Source: Candidatus Latescibacterota bacterium (GTDB taxonomy: Bacteria; Latescibacterota; UBA2968). From it: a stretch of 64,000 nt of DNA. How positions within the stretch are numbered: the first letter of the stretch is position 1; the number at the start of each line of letters is the position of its first letter. The notes below the pieces were generated by a model. That model saw only the letters and a program-made list of their open reading frames with translations, searched no databases and was not told the DNA's origin. The translations under genes and the position numbers were made by a program. This document shows, piece by piece, positions 19,126 through 28,963 of the stretch. The stretch is taken from the NCBI GenBank assembly GCA_965220765.1, contig OZ244847.1:49849-113848 (forward strand), read 5' to 3'.

Positions 19126-19452
19126 ATGGCAAGCAGAAATATTATTGTCCTGGTCATCATCCTCGCGATTGTGCAGGCCCTGGCGCCCGACGCAATCCCT
19201 GGAGGACTTGCGCCACTCGCGCTGGTGATACTGGGACTACTCTACGCGATAGTGGCGGTCGACGCTGAGGACTCGACAGCCTACCTGGTCGTTGCGATTG
19301 CAGTCGGCGCTGCTGCAGGTGCGGATGTGTTGAGCAACATCCCGGGGATAGGCGCCCACCTGGACGCCATCGTCGATCCGATCAGCACCGCCTTGTATGC
19401 CGGTGTTATAGCCATACTCGTGGAGAGGGGATTAAACCGCATCAAGAGTTAA
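19126..19452 (+). CDS. Small 4-TM membrane protein, paralog 1
   Basis: 108 aa, highly hydrophobic, GGGAGG Shine-Dalgarno; paralogous to the next two genes. Confidence 0.85.
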   Translation: MASRNIIVLVIILAIVQALAPDAIPGGLAPLALVILGLLYAIVAVDAEDSTAYLVVAIAVGAAAGADVLSNIPGIGAHLDAIVDPISTALYAGVIAILVERGLNRIKS

Positions 19453-19522
19453 AGATGACTGGCGGATCTGCGACCTGTAGCCACAGGTCGTGACACACTA
19501 ACCTATTCTGGGAGGAAGAAAT

Positions 19523-19849
19523 ATGGCAAGCAGGATTATTGTTAGCCTGATCGCCGCTCTGGCGGTTATTCAGGGCCTGACGCCCGACGCGATCCCTGCG
19601 GGACTTGTGTCGCTTGCGCTGGTGATTCTGGGCCTGGCCTACGCGGCAGTGGCGGTCGGTTCTGATGACGAAACAACCTACCTGATCGTTGCGCTCGCTG
19701 TCGGTGCTGCTGCAGGTGCGGATGCGTTGAGCGGCATTCCACAGCTTGGTGCCCACCTGGACGCCATCGTCGATCCGATCAGCACCGCTTTGTATGCCGG
19801 CGTCATAACCATCCTCGTGAAGGGAATAATAAATCACCTCAAGGGTTAA
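19523..19849 (+). CDS. Small 4-TM membrane protein, paralog 2
   Basis: Shares ALVILGL, AVGAAAGAD, IP..G..LDAIVDPI..ALYAGVI. Confidence 0.85.
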   Translation: MASRIIVSLIAALAVIQGLTPDAIPAGLVSLALVILGLAYAAVAVGSDDETTYLIVALAVGAAAGADALSGIPQLGAHLDAIVDPISTALYAGVITILVKGIINHLKG

Positions 19850-19893
19850 AACGTTTATGTCATAACACAACTAACTTATTCTGGGAGGATGAA

Positions 19894-20268
19894 ATGGTAG
19901 TCAGAATTATTGTTGGCCTAATCGTCGTTCTGGCCATTATTCAGGGCCTGGCGGCCGGCGCGATTCCTGAAAATATTGTGTCGATCGCGCTGGTGATTCT
20001 GGGTCTGGTGTACGGGGGGATGGCGCTCGACGCTGAAGATGCGACATCCTTCCTGGTCGTTGCGATTGCGGTCGGTGCTGCTGCAGGTGCGGACGTATTG
20101 AGCAACATCCCAGGGGTAGTAGGCGAGAGCCTGGACGCCATCGTCGATCCGATCACTATCGCTCTGTATGCCGGCGTCATAACCGTATTCGGAAAGAGGG
20201 TATTAAATCGCCTCACAGGCAGCGGTGATGGTGGTGGCGGTGAAAGTGCTGGCGGTGGTGAAGAATAG
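19894..20268 (+). CDS. Small 4-TM membrane protein, paralog 3, with a Gly/acidic tail
   Basis: Same motifs; C-terminal GSGDGGGGESAGGGEE. Confidence 0.85.
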   Translation: MVVRIIVGLIVVLAIIQGLAAGAIPENIVSIALVILGLVYGGMALDAEDATSFLVVAIAVGAAAGADVLSNIPGVVGESLDAIVDPITIALYAGVITVFGKRVLNRLTGSGDGGGGESAGGGEE

Positions 20269-20299
20269 TTAAAAGTTGCACAGAATTTTGTTATATTAC

Positions 20300-20333
20300 A
20301 AAGCGCAGAGAGCAATACCGTTCTCTGCGCTTT
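20300..20333 (+). terminator. Hairpin/terminator after the membrane-protein triplet
   Basis: AAAGCGCAGAGAGC-AATACC-GTTCTCTGCGCTTT. Confidence 0.65.
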
Positions 20334-20354
20334 CTTCATAATACAGGAGATTTT

Positions 20355-20891
20355 ATGGGTATAGACAATCTGAGATCGACAATGCCCGACTATGCGCGGG
20401 ACATTCGGTTGAACCTGGGATCGGTCATATCTGCGTCGCGTCTCGATCCGGCAATGGCCTGGGGATCGGCACTTACCGCAGCACTGGTATCCAAAAATGA
20501 ACAGGTGATTCAGAACATCGCCGAAGACGCACAGGCTGTCATGGACGAGCAACACATAAAAGCAGTGAAATCCGCCGCTGCCATGATGAGCATGACCAAT
20601 GTGTGGTATAAATTCACCGACCTCATTCAGGACAACGAAATAAAGAAACAATCGCCCAAATTGCGAATGAATGCCGTGCTGACCCACGGCGGTGTCGATC
20701 GCGCTTTGTTCGAAGCGTGGAGTCTCTCGGCAAGTGTGGTAAACGCATGTGGTATTTGTGTAAACGCACACGCATCGCAATTGAACAAACTGGGCATTGA
20801 CGCCCAACAAATCGCAGACATCGCCCGCATTGCCACCGTAATAAAATCAGTGGCTGATACGTTATCGTTTGAAGCACTTTTCAATGGTTAA
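20355..20891 (+). CDS. ahpD: Alkyl hydroperoxide reductase AhpD (CMD family)
   Basis: PDYARDIRLNL, AAAMMSMTNVWY, LRMN, FEAWSLSASVVNACGICVNAH (CxxC). Confidence 0.85.
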   Translation: MGIDNLRSTMPDYARDIRLNLGSVISASRLDPAMAWGSALTAALVSKNEQVIQNIAEDAQAVMDEQHIKAVKSAAAMMSMTNVWYKFTDLIQDNEIKKQSPKLRMNAVLTHGGVDRALFEAWSLSASVVNACGICVNAHASQLNKLGIDAQQIADIARIATVIKSVADTLSFEALFNG

Positions 20892-20893
20892 AC

Positions 20894-22138
20894 ATGTCCA
20901 TTCAAGAACGCGCAAAATACGGTGCCGAAGCATTTGACGGACTTGTGGGCAGCTTGCCCCAACCCTTTCCGCGCACCATGGGTCCAAACTGCCAGACATA
21001 CCTTCAGGAAGTCGTCACATCGGGCCTGAAATGCGACATGGTTCGGCGATTTGAAGCCGCTTTCGAAAGCGAAATGGGCATCAAACACTGCATTGGCACG
21101 CCCGGATGCACCGCAGCCCTCAACATACTCGCAGCCGCGCTCAGCCTCGAACCCGGCGATGAAATCATCTTATCGCCCATCACCGACTACGGCACGGTCA
21201 TGGGACTGCTAAAAGAAAACTACATCCCCGTCTTCCCCGACACCGAACCCGGCACACCGCTCATCAGCGCCCAAACCATAGCACCCTGTATCACCAATCG
21301 CACGCGGGCCATTCTCGCCGTCCACATAACGGGCCTCATATGCGACATGGACCCCATCCGCGCCCTGGCAAAAAAACACGGCCTGACCGTCATTGAAGAC
21401 GTATGCCAGGCCGTATTTGGCACGTACAAAGGCCGCCTTGCGGGCACCCTCGGCGACGTCGCCGGTTTCTCATTCGACTCCGAAAAAACACTCGGCTCCG
21501 ACATCGGCGGCTGTGTCATTACAGACGACGATGAACTCGCCGAACAAATTCGGTTCATCGGTCAAAGCAGAGGCGGGCAAATGGTCGAAGGACTGGGGCG
21601 CGTCCACGCCGTAAATGGATACGCGCTCCGCATGACCCAATCGACCGCCGCCATCACCCTTGCACAACTCGAGATCATCCGACCAGCCGTTGCACATATC
21701 GACCGCATGATTCGCCTCATCACCGACAAACTCGCCGAAATTCCCGGCATCATCCCCCTATCCATACCAGATTACATGGAAACCTATTCCTGCTGGATGG
21801 CCGGCTTCAGCATCGATCCCAATGCCTTCAGATGCGACGCCGAAACCTTTGCACAGCAAGTCGCCGATGCAGGACTCACCGGAGCGGGCCTCGGCAAATA
21901 CTATCTCATGCCCGCTGCCCTGCCCTTTTTAACAGACAAAGCCGAAAAACACCTCTTTCCCTTCTCCAAACCCCCGACATCCCACACCTATACATACAAC
22001 GCAAACACCTGTCCCAATGCCCGGGACTTTCTCGACAATTTCATCCGCTGGACGACCTTCTGCGAAAAATACCAGCCCGAACACTGCGACCTCGTCGCCC
22101 AAATAGTCGCCACCGTCGCCGACCAGAATCGAGTTTAA
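20894..22138 (+). CDS. DegT/DnrJ/EryC1/StrS PLP-dependent aminotransferase
   Basis: PGDEII, IEDVCQA, FSFDSEKTLG (PLP lysine). Confidence 0.88.
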   Translation: MSIQERAKYGAEAFDGLVGSLPQPFPRTMGPNCQTYLQEVVTSGLKCDMVRRFEAAFESEMGIKHCIGTPGCTAALNILAAALSLEPGDEIILSPITDYGTVMGLLKENYIPVFPDTEPGTPLISAQTIAPCITNRTRAILAVHITGLICDMDPIRALAKKHGLTVIEDVCQAVFGTYKGRLAGTLGDVAGFSFDSEKTLGSDIGGCVITDDDELAEQIRFIGQSRGGQMVEGLGRVHAVNGYALRMTQSTAAITLAQLEIIRPAVAHIDRMIRLITDKLAEIPGIIPLSIPDYMETYSCWMAGFSIDPNAFRCDAETFAQQVADAGLTGAGLGKYYLMPAALPFLTDKAEKHLFPFSKPPTSHTYTYNANTCPNARDFLDNFIRWTTFCEKYQPEHCDLVAQIVATVADQNRV

Positions 22139-22258
22139 ATAGACTTAGGAGTTATTTTAATGGGACGTGCGGAAGACATTTTTAATCGGATATGTGAAAA
22201 AGGTGAGGAAGCTATCAAAGATTTCGTTAATGATAGACAATCGGAAGATTTGTTCTTA

Positions 22259-23187
22259 GAAGCTGTTTTAAAAATGCTGCGTTTAATCGAGTCTGTTGAG
22301 TAAGAGGTAAATCATAACAATGTGAATAAAGGCTTCACTGTTATCCGTCAAGTCTTCATAATCCTTTGACAGACGGCGAAAATTTAATAACCAAGCAAAG
22401 GTGCGCTCAACGACCCAGCGGCGCTTGGCGACCTGGAAGCCCTCGCCATTAGGCTTAACAACCTCAAGATCAATTTTATACGTGCGCTTCCTGTCAGCGA
22501 CCCATTTCTTGAGGTCATCGCCGCGATAGCCGCCATCAACCCACAGCTTGCGTAAGCGTGTTGTTCCTTGCTCAAAATACTGATTCAGCAGATGCTTGAG
22601 GCCGTCACGATCTTGGAGATTGGCAGGCGAGACAAAGGCGTTGATCACCAGGCCGAGGGTATCGACAAGCAGGTGGCGTTTGCGTCCATTGACCTTTTTG
22701 CCAGCATCGTAACCTTTTGATCCGCCTTGTGTTGCACTCTTGACACTTTGACTGTCAATGCAGCCTGCTGAGGCGGTAGCTTTGCGGCCTTGCCGTTTTC
22801 TCTCTTTTCGTGAAAGGGCCTGTTGCACACGCTCAAAGACGCCTTGTTCGCGCCAGTTGTTGAAATAGCCATACACGGTTTGCCAACAGCCAAAGGTATG
22901 AGGCAGCATGCGCCATTGGCAGCCGGTCTTCGTCAGATACAGGATGCCATCAAACACTTCTCTCAAATTGACAGGAGGACGGCCACGGCTGCCTTTTCGC
23001 CATTTGCGCTTGGGCAGGAGTGGGATGAGCAGTTGCCATTGCGCTTCGGTTACATTTGTCGGATATTGCCGGTGCGTATTCATCGCAGGTCCTTTCGTTT
23101 CAGGGTGATATGCACTACCTGAATTTGGACAGATGAATACGCTTTTTCAACGCTTTTTTTCTTCTTTCATAATTTTAAAACAGCTTC
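22259..23187 (-). mobile_element. IS5-family insertion sequence (IS1031-like), 929 bp
   Basis: 15-bp perfect terminal IRs GAAGCTGTTTTAAAA / TTTTAAAACAGCTTC; TTA target duplication at 22256-22258 and 23188-23190. Confidence 0.93.
22283..23083 (-). CDS. IS5-family DDE transposase
   Basis: YPTNVTEAQW, TGCQWRMLP, IDSQSVK, GYDAGKKVNGRKRHLLVDTLG, WVDGGY, RWVVERTFAW. Confidence 0.95.
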   Translation of the reverse strand: MNTHRQYPTNVTEAQWQLLIPLLPKRKWRKGSRGRPPVNLREVFDGILYLTKTGCQWRMLPHTFGCWQTVYGYFNNWREQGVFERVQQALSRKERKRQGRKATASAGCIDSQSVKSATQGGSKGYDAGKKVNGRKRHLLVDTLGLVINAFVSPANLQDRDGLKHLLNQYFEQGTTRLRKLWVDGGYRGDDLKKWVADRKRTYKIDLEVVKPNGEGFQVAKRRWVVERTFAWLLNFRRLSKDYEDLTDNSEAFIHIVMIYLLLNRLD

Positions 23188-24246
23188 TTAGATTTCAAGC
23201 GATCTGCCGATAATGGTTCTGGAAGACACCTCCATCAAAAAGACCGGCAAAACATGGCAAAGGCCATATCTGGGTTCGGCAACTCTGAAGGTGGTGTTAT
23301 TGTTTGGGGTATTGACTGCCGTGATCAGCCTGAATTGGGCGATGTACCCGCTGATAGTGATGAATTCCTGATCCATAATCCAAAGCGTTTTTTGAGTCGG
23401 TTAGAAGGAGCAGTTTCAGATTGTACTGTTCCTCCTCATCCTGATATTAGACACCGCGCAATTGTGACATCTTCAAACGATAAAGGATATGTTGCCACAT
23501 ATATTGCCAAAAGCCATCTGGCACCACACCAGTGTCTCAAGCCTTTGCAATATTATATTCGTGCAGGATCCAACTTCGTCCCAACGCCACATGCCGTTTT
23601 AGCTGGCATGTTTGGGAGACAACCTCAACCTGATGTTTATCATGGTTGGGTAATTAAACCAGCGCAGGTCATTCCTGAAACAATGGCTCAACCGACGCAA
23701 TCTGTACGATTTCAATTATACTTTATCTTAAATAATCGGGGACCAGGTCTAGCGCGAGACCTCTATGTATCAACCTTTCTCTCGTGTCCTGAAGGACCGA
23801 CACAAGGCCAAGTGATTTTGGCCGATCCATCAAATTGGTCTACATCAAGCGTTATAGATATGATGAGCACTGCTGTTTCGAACGATTCTTTTAAATTAGC
23901 TCCAGCAAGTTTAGGACAGCCAATTTATTTTGAATTTATGTTTATGCCACCTTTTGAAAGTGGACTCCGGTATAAGATTACGTATGGACATGGGAACTCA
24001 CCTGTTCAGACAGTTGGTGCAGATATAGATGCTGCCACTATACAGGAAGCTTTTAGCAAGTTCACCCAAAGCGGCGGAAATACTCATGCAGGTCAAACAT
24101 TTATTACAACTGTAATGTCACTGAATAATGAAGATATCTAATACGACAATCTCCCATTAAGGGCCTGGTAGTCTGACTCAAATCATAAAAGTCGTTTTGT
24201 GCTACACCCAGGATTTACCCCCTTCAATCACATAAGGATTTATTTT

Positions 24247-25107
24247 ATGGACATGTCTTTGCTGCTAAGAGCTGTTGAAGAAATAAAATTTGAGCTTGAA
24301 AAAACAATAAGGATAGCAATCTATAAGGGCCAGCGCTATGAAAACGGTCAACGGGCTAAAGAAGCTCTCATTCGAAGCCAGAATCTAATCCTGAAAATTC
24401 ATGAAGTTGTCAAAATCAGTTTAGATCAAGAACTTAAAAAGTTTACTCATCACTTTACAATTCATCCACCTTTGGGAAAACGAGGCCCCGAACTCGCAAT
24501 TTCAGGATACATCAAGCGCAAAAAACAGGATATCGTTGTCCTATTTGGTGGAGATGGACAAACTGGTGAAATAATCAAAGATGGTCCTTTAGCGGGTGCC
24601 ATGAACGCTATTGGCAAAGAACAGTCTGAAAATGCGATTGTTATTGGCGTTCGAAGCCAACTCAGCAGCGTAGAAAAAAATTTTGACACGCTTATGGAAA
24701 GAGCATTTGCCGAAACGCTAAACCTACGCCTCAGACTTCCCAAATTGGTGATGGGCGAAGTCTATCTGCTTCCAGTTGTCGAATATGATGACCAAGCGAT
24801 GAAGGAGAATCGCATAGACCGGAAAACAGGTCACACCCCAGTGGAAAAATTCATAAAGACATTCTTGGGCATTACGCACCGTGATATAGATGCGGACACT
24901 GGTGAACTCTACAAATATGAACGCTCTGTGTTAATCCTCGTAGATTTTCAGCAATCTCCGCCACATATTTTCTTAACGCTTGAGGAGCTAAAAGAAGCCG
25001 GTTATATTTCACCGGATTTTGATGCCAACTTCGATCTTCTGTCACCTACAAATTTCGCGGCCGATATTGTGAGTATGCATCGGAGACGCCATTTGTATCT
25101 GTATTAA
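24247..25107 (+). CDS. Putative type II restriction endonuclease
   Basis: PD-(D/E)xK-like segment (KKQDIVV...IGVRSQLSSVEKNFDTLMER); convergent with the DNA methyltransferase; low GC. Confidence 0.6.
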   Translation: MDMSLLLRAVEEIKFELEKTIRIAIYKGQRYENGQRAKEALIRSQNLILKIHEVVKISLDQELKKFTHHFTIHPPLGKRGPELAISGYIKRKKQDIVVLFGGDGQTGEIIKDGPLAGAMNAIGKEQSENAIVIGVRSQLSSVEKNFDTLMERAFAETLNLRLRLPKLVMGEVYLLPVVEYDDQAMKENRIDRKTGHTPVEKFIKTFLGITHRDIDADTGELYKYERSVLILVDFQQSPPHIFLTLEELKEAGYISPDFDANFDLLSPTNFAADIVSMHRRRHLYLY

Positions 25108-25123
25108 CCTATGGAACTATTCC

Positions 25124-27061
25124 CTATACACCCACATCCGATCCACAGACATTCTCAATATCTTTACTGTTGAGCTTATAGAGACCTTCCAAATATTCGT
25201 TCGCGTCAATTCTCGGTAGTTCTACAAATTCTGTCATTTCCTTTTCTGTCATGCCAACAATACCAATCCGTTCAATAAAATTCTTCTGATAGCATTGGTA
25301 GTCGCCTTCTATTTGAAAGCTTGTCAGTTTGGCATAGTAATGCATAATTCTACTATTGAGTATCTTCTCAAGTACTTCGATGGTAAGTTCACCCCTAAAT
25401 AGCGAATCATCCCTTATAGATACGGCATAGCCATTACAAAAAAGCTGGTCGCTCTTATCGAGCATAAATTGTGGAAACTTGCTAAAAGTCTTGGTTAGAA
25501 GTTTAGGACCTTTTGCCTCCATTCCTTGAGTTCTTCCCCAAGCGTACCATCCTTCGTAATTTTTCTTTCCTTTGTCGCGGCTCTTTAAGAGATTGCGATG
25601 TTTCCACAAATAAGCATGAGCTTTTGGAAATTGCGTCTTTATTTCTTTTTCTGGTATCAAATGATATTTACCTTTTATCTTTTGATAGGGAAAAATAATC
25701 CTCAAGTCATTCTGATCTAGATCCTCCGTACCATTTAAGGCTGCAATTTTGACCGCAGGACGAGTGAGGCCAAGTTCTACCAGATGTGTGTCCTGGTTCA
25801 AAGGATTTGCAGTACAATACTGATTATCCCTCCTGTGTACTAAAAAAACCGCATCTTTCAGAGTTGCAAACCCAACCTTAATCGAAGCGACCACACCAAG
25901 AGGTTTTCCTGTTGATTCGATAATTTTAAGATTTTCTAAATGATTGCCTTTTGCAAGACGCCATTTGTCAGCTTTTAGATCTGAAAAAGGAATTTCTGAG
26001 AACGTTGCCTTTTTGAGATTATTGGCGCAAACCTGCTTCAGAGTATCAAATTCGAAGCTGTTTTTTTTTTCTGTCCCAAGAAAGATCAAACAAGTATAAG
26101 CACTTGCTTTCTTGAAAACTTTATAGTGACCGAAATCTATAATTCTACGGATACACTGCTTATCCTGTAAGTATTGCCTAACACCTTTACCCGCTAAAGA
26201 AGTATATAGATTATTTTGGGTGATGATTGCCAAACATCCTTCTGGCGTAAGAAGTCTGTGTCCAGCGATCAAAAAGAGAAGTGCCAAGCTAAAGCTGCCA
26301 TTGGCATAACCTTTGAATTTTTCGGATAGCTGTGTTCGGTATTCAGTATCGAGATTTTGAAGTTTAACATACGGAGGATTTGTCGTAACCAGATCAAACC
26401 CATTGCAAGCACCTGCTGTATTCCATAAGTCCTCGGGAGAATCCAACAGTGTATCGCGGCAAAAAAGGCGCAAATTTGTGTCTGATAGCTTAAAACCCTG
26501 GAGGATCAGATAAAGCTCAACCATACAACGCGCATGCTCAATGGCCCAAGGATCATTATCAAAACCAATCAGAAATTCTGCAAATGCTTTATCTGGAGAG
26601 ATCTCACTTTTCAATATTTCTGCCGCCTGTATCAGAAATCCACCGCTTCCACAAGCTGGATCGCAGATTAAAGGTGTTTCTTTTTCTTTTTTTTGTTGTT
26701 TATATTGGCTTATCTGTAATCCATGTCTTACCAAGTATTTTATGATAAAATCAGGGGTATAAAAAGCACCCTGTGATTTGCGTCTTCCAGAATCAATCAG
26801 AATTTCAAAAATGCTTTCTATGTCTTTTATCGAAAGCTTAAAAATTGACTGATTTAGTCTCTGTCTAATACACTCTACCTCGGTTATATTGGACGTTTCT
26901 AAAAAATGAGCCACTGAATTTGCTTGCTTTAATCTTGAAAAAGGAATTTCATTGATCTTCGCCCAATGTTGAAGTAATGCCGCGCGAATAGAGTCTTTCT
27001 TATAATGTTTTAGTAACTTTAGAATTAAATCCTGTGCACTACCTGTTGGACAATGTGACAT
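25124..27061 (-). CDS. N6-adenine DNA methyltransferase (gamma class, Eco57I/TaqI-like)
   Basis: GAFYTP, motif I DPACGSGGF, motif IV NPPY; C-terminal TRD-like region. Confidence 0.92.
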   Translation of the reverse strand: MSHCPTGSAQDLILKLLKHYKKDSIRAALLQHWAKINEIPFSRLKQANSVAHFLETSNITEVECIRQRLNQSIFKLSIKDIESIFEILIDSGRRKSQGAFYTPDFIIKYLVRHGLQISQYKQQKKEKETPLICDPACGSGGFLIQAAEILKSEISPDKAFAEFLIGFDNDPWAIEHARCMVELYLILQGFKLSDTNLRLFCRDTLLDSPEDLWNTAGACNGFDLVTTNPPYVKLQNLDTEYRTQLSEKFKGYANGSFSLALLFLIAGHRLLTPEGCLAIITQNNLYTSLAGKGVRQYLQDKQCIRRIIDFGHYKVFKKASAYTCLIFLGTEKKNSFEFDTLKQVCANNLKKATFSEIPFSDLKADKWRLAKGNHLENLKIIESTGKPLGVVASIKVGFATLKDAVFLVHRRDNQYCTANPLNQDTHLVELGLTRPAVKIAALNGTEDLDQNDLRIIFPYQKIKGKYHLIPEKEIKTQFPKAHAYLWKHRNLLKSRDKGKKNYEGWYAWGRTQGMEAKGPKLLTKTFSKFPQFMLDKSDQLFCNGYAVSIRDDSLFRGELTIEVLEKILNSRIMHYYAKLTSFQIEGDYQCYQKNFIERIGIVGMTEKEMTEFVELPRIDANEYLEGLYKLNSKDIENVCGSDVGV

Positions 27062-27182
27062 TCAGGGCCTCTCCTTTCGCGGTCTGTGTTATCTCCTTTT
27101 TTATAGTAAAATATAGAGATTTCTCAGGTTATTTTCAATGCAGATTCTGCTGGTATCTACAATTTTTTTTAGGTTAAATACC

Positions 27183-27941
27183 ATGCCCCTCACCTCTACT
27201 TTAAACGCCCGGTATTATCGCGCCCTGCCCATCGACGCCCCCGGCTACGAATCTGTCAGCCTCGAATTACCCGTCAAAAACACCGCCCTCATAGGCCTAC
27301 ACTGCTGGAACATCGGCTGTCCAGATGGTCCAGCAATCGACCCCAACTACTGCGTGGGCATGGGCTGGCCGCAGGCAACCGCCGAAGCCGCGCGCATCAT
27401 GGCCGAAGTCATACGCCCGGCCATGGACATCGCGCGCAAAATCGGGATGCCCGTCTGCCATGTCGAAACCGATTGGATGGCGGATCAGTACCTCCACATC
27501 CCTTCCCGACGCAAAGAAACACCACAACCAGAACCCGAAAATCGCGCACAAACCATGCGAAACCGCGCCCATGGCCCGAACTACCTCACAAAATCCCCAC
27601 TTGCAAACATGAAACGGGCCGCAATCGTCTCCCCAATGCGAGACGAACCCCTCGTCTTTTACACCGACGCACTCGACACCTACCTCAAAACGCGCGACAT
27701 CACAACCCTCATCTACACGGGATTTGCAACCGACATGTGCATCCTCGGATCCGAAGGCGGAGCCAGGGACATGCTCGCCCGCGGATATCAATGCATCCTC
27801 CTGCGCGACGGAACTGTCGGCGTGGAAACCCCCGACACCTTCGCCGAAAAACTGGCCACCCGTTACGGCACACACATCTTCGAATGGCAACTGGGATACA
27901 GCACCACCTTTCGAGATTTCGCTCAGGCATTTTCAGCCTGA
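27183..27941 (+). CDS. Isochorismatase/cysteine hydrolase family protein
   Basis: ITTLIYTGFATDMCI (catalytic Cys), GYQCILLRDGT. Confidence 0.75.
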   Translation: MPLTSTLNARYYRALPIDAPGYESVSLELPVKNTALIGLHCWNIGCPDGPAIDPNYCVGMGWPQATAEAARIMAEVIRPAMDIARKIGMPVCHVETDWMADQYLHIPSRRKETPQPEPENRAQTMRNRAHGPNYLTKSPLANMKRAAIVSPMRDEPLVFYTDALDTYLKTRDITTLIYTGFATDMCILGSEGGARDMLARGYQCILLRDGTVGVETPDTFAEKLATRYGTHIFEWQLGYSTTFRDFAQAFSA

Positions 27942-27955
27942 TACTGGAGAAAAAC

Positions 27956-28957
27956 ATGGCCCTCACAATATGCCCATGGAAATACGACAAAACCTGGGTC
28001 TATTCCATCACCTATGACGAAGCCCTCATCGACCTGTACCAATTCGCAATCCCCATCCACGAAGAATACGGCATTCCGGGACATGTGGAAGTCGTCGTCG
28101 GGCAACTGGGCGAAACGCGCAATATCGGCAACTCCAGTTATAACGGCTATCGCCACATGAACGCCGACGAACTCAAAGACATGCTCGCTCGGGGCTGGGG
28201 AATAGGCAATCACTCCTATAGCCATGAACTCATACAACCCGACATGGTTGACCTGGAAATTGGCCGCGCAAAAGACGTGCTCGAAGCCGCCATTGACGCA
28301 CCCGTCGATCTCTACTGCGCCCCGGGAAACAATTCCAACATGTCAGACCACGTCCTCAAAGCCTGCCGGGAATACGGCTACCTCGGCGCAATGAGCCTGA
28401 CCGACGCCCTCAACCGTCCGAACACCCCGCTCTTCTGGATCAATCGCACGGCATTGCACGAACAATATTACGCCCCATTCTTCAGCGAATACGACCCATT
28501 CCGCAACATCCGTCATGCACAGGCGCAAAACGGCTGGATCATCGACTACTGCCATTGCCCATTGGAAAAACCCATCCACCCCAACAAAGACTGCTCACAT
28601 CCACAACTCAGAAAAAGATTTGAAACCATCCTCACAGAAGGCGGAGAAAACGTCTGGTGCGCCGTACCAGAAGAAGTACTCTTCTACCACCAGACCAGAC
28701 GCCACACGCAAATCGAAACCATTTCCGACACACAAATCCAAAAGCACTACCGCCTCCACCTCAACAACCTGAGCGACCGCGTCACCTGCCGCACGCTCAC
28801 CCTCCACGCCGACGTCCCCGCCCCCTGGTGTCGCTCACCCAACGTGTGGATCGACGGACAGCCCCACCCCGCACACCTGATAGAACCGAGAAAATTGCAA
28901 ATCACGGTAACAGTCACAGACGGCATGGAACTCGTCTTTCAAGACCCGGGCACCTGA
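27956..28957 (+). CDS. Polysaccharide deacetylase (NodB-like) family protein
   Basis: SITYDEA, GWGIGNHSYSH; true start at 27956 with GGAGA Shine-Dalgarno. Confidence 0.8.
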   Translation: MALTICPWKYDKTWVYSITYDEALIDLYQFAIPIHEEYGIPGHVEVVVGQLGETRNIGNSSYNGYRHMNADELKDMLARGWGIGNHSYSHELIQPDMVDLEIGRAKDVLEAAIDAPVDLYCAPGNNSNMSDHVLKACREYGYLGAMSLTDALNRPNTPLFWINRTALHEQYYAPFFSEYDPFRNIRHAQAQNGWIIDYCHCPLEKPIHPNKDCSHPQLRKRFETILTEGGENVWCAVPEEVLFYHQTRRHTQIETISDTQIQKHYRLHLNNLSDRVTCRTLTLHADVPAPWCRSPNVWIDGQPHPAHLIEPRKLQITVTVTDGMELVFQDPGT

Positions 28958-28963
28958 GCGACC

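Larger units (their letters stand above)
22160..24141 (+). pseudogene. AlbA_2 (Schlafen-like) domain protein interrupted by an IS5-family element
   Basis: 22160-22258 encodes MGRAEDIF...RQSEDLFL. After removing the IS and one TTA it continues in frame at 23191 as DFKRSAD...MAKAISGFGNSEGGVIVWGID, giving 349 aa in total. Confidence 0.85.

Noticed and set aside
19941-20810. 289-aa minus-strand ORF
   Set aside because: Antisense to membrane paralog 3 and ahpD, both better supported.
27473-27955. N-terminal extension of the deacetylase ORF
   Set aside because: It overlaps the isochorismatase gene out of frame. A good Shine-Dalgarno and ATG lie at 27956.
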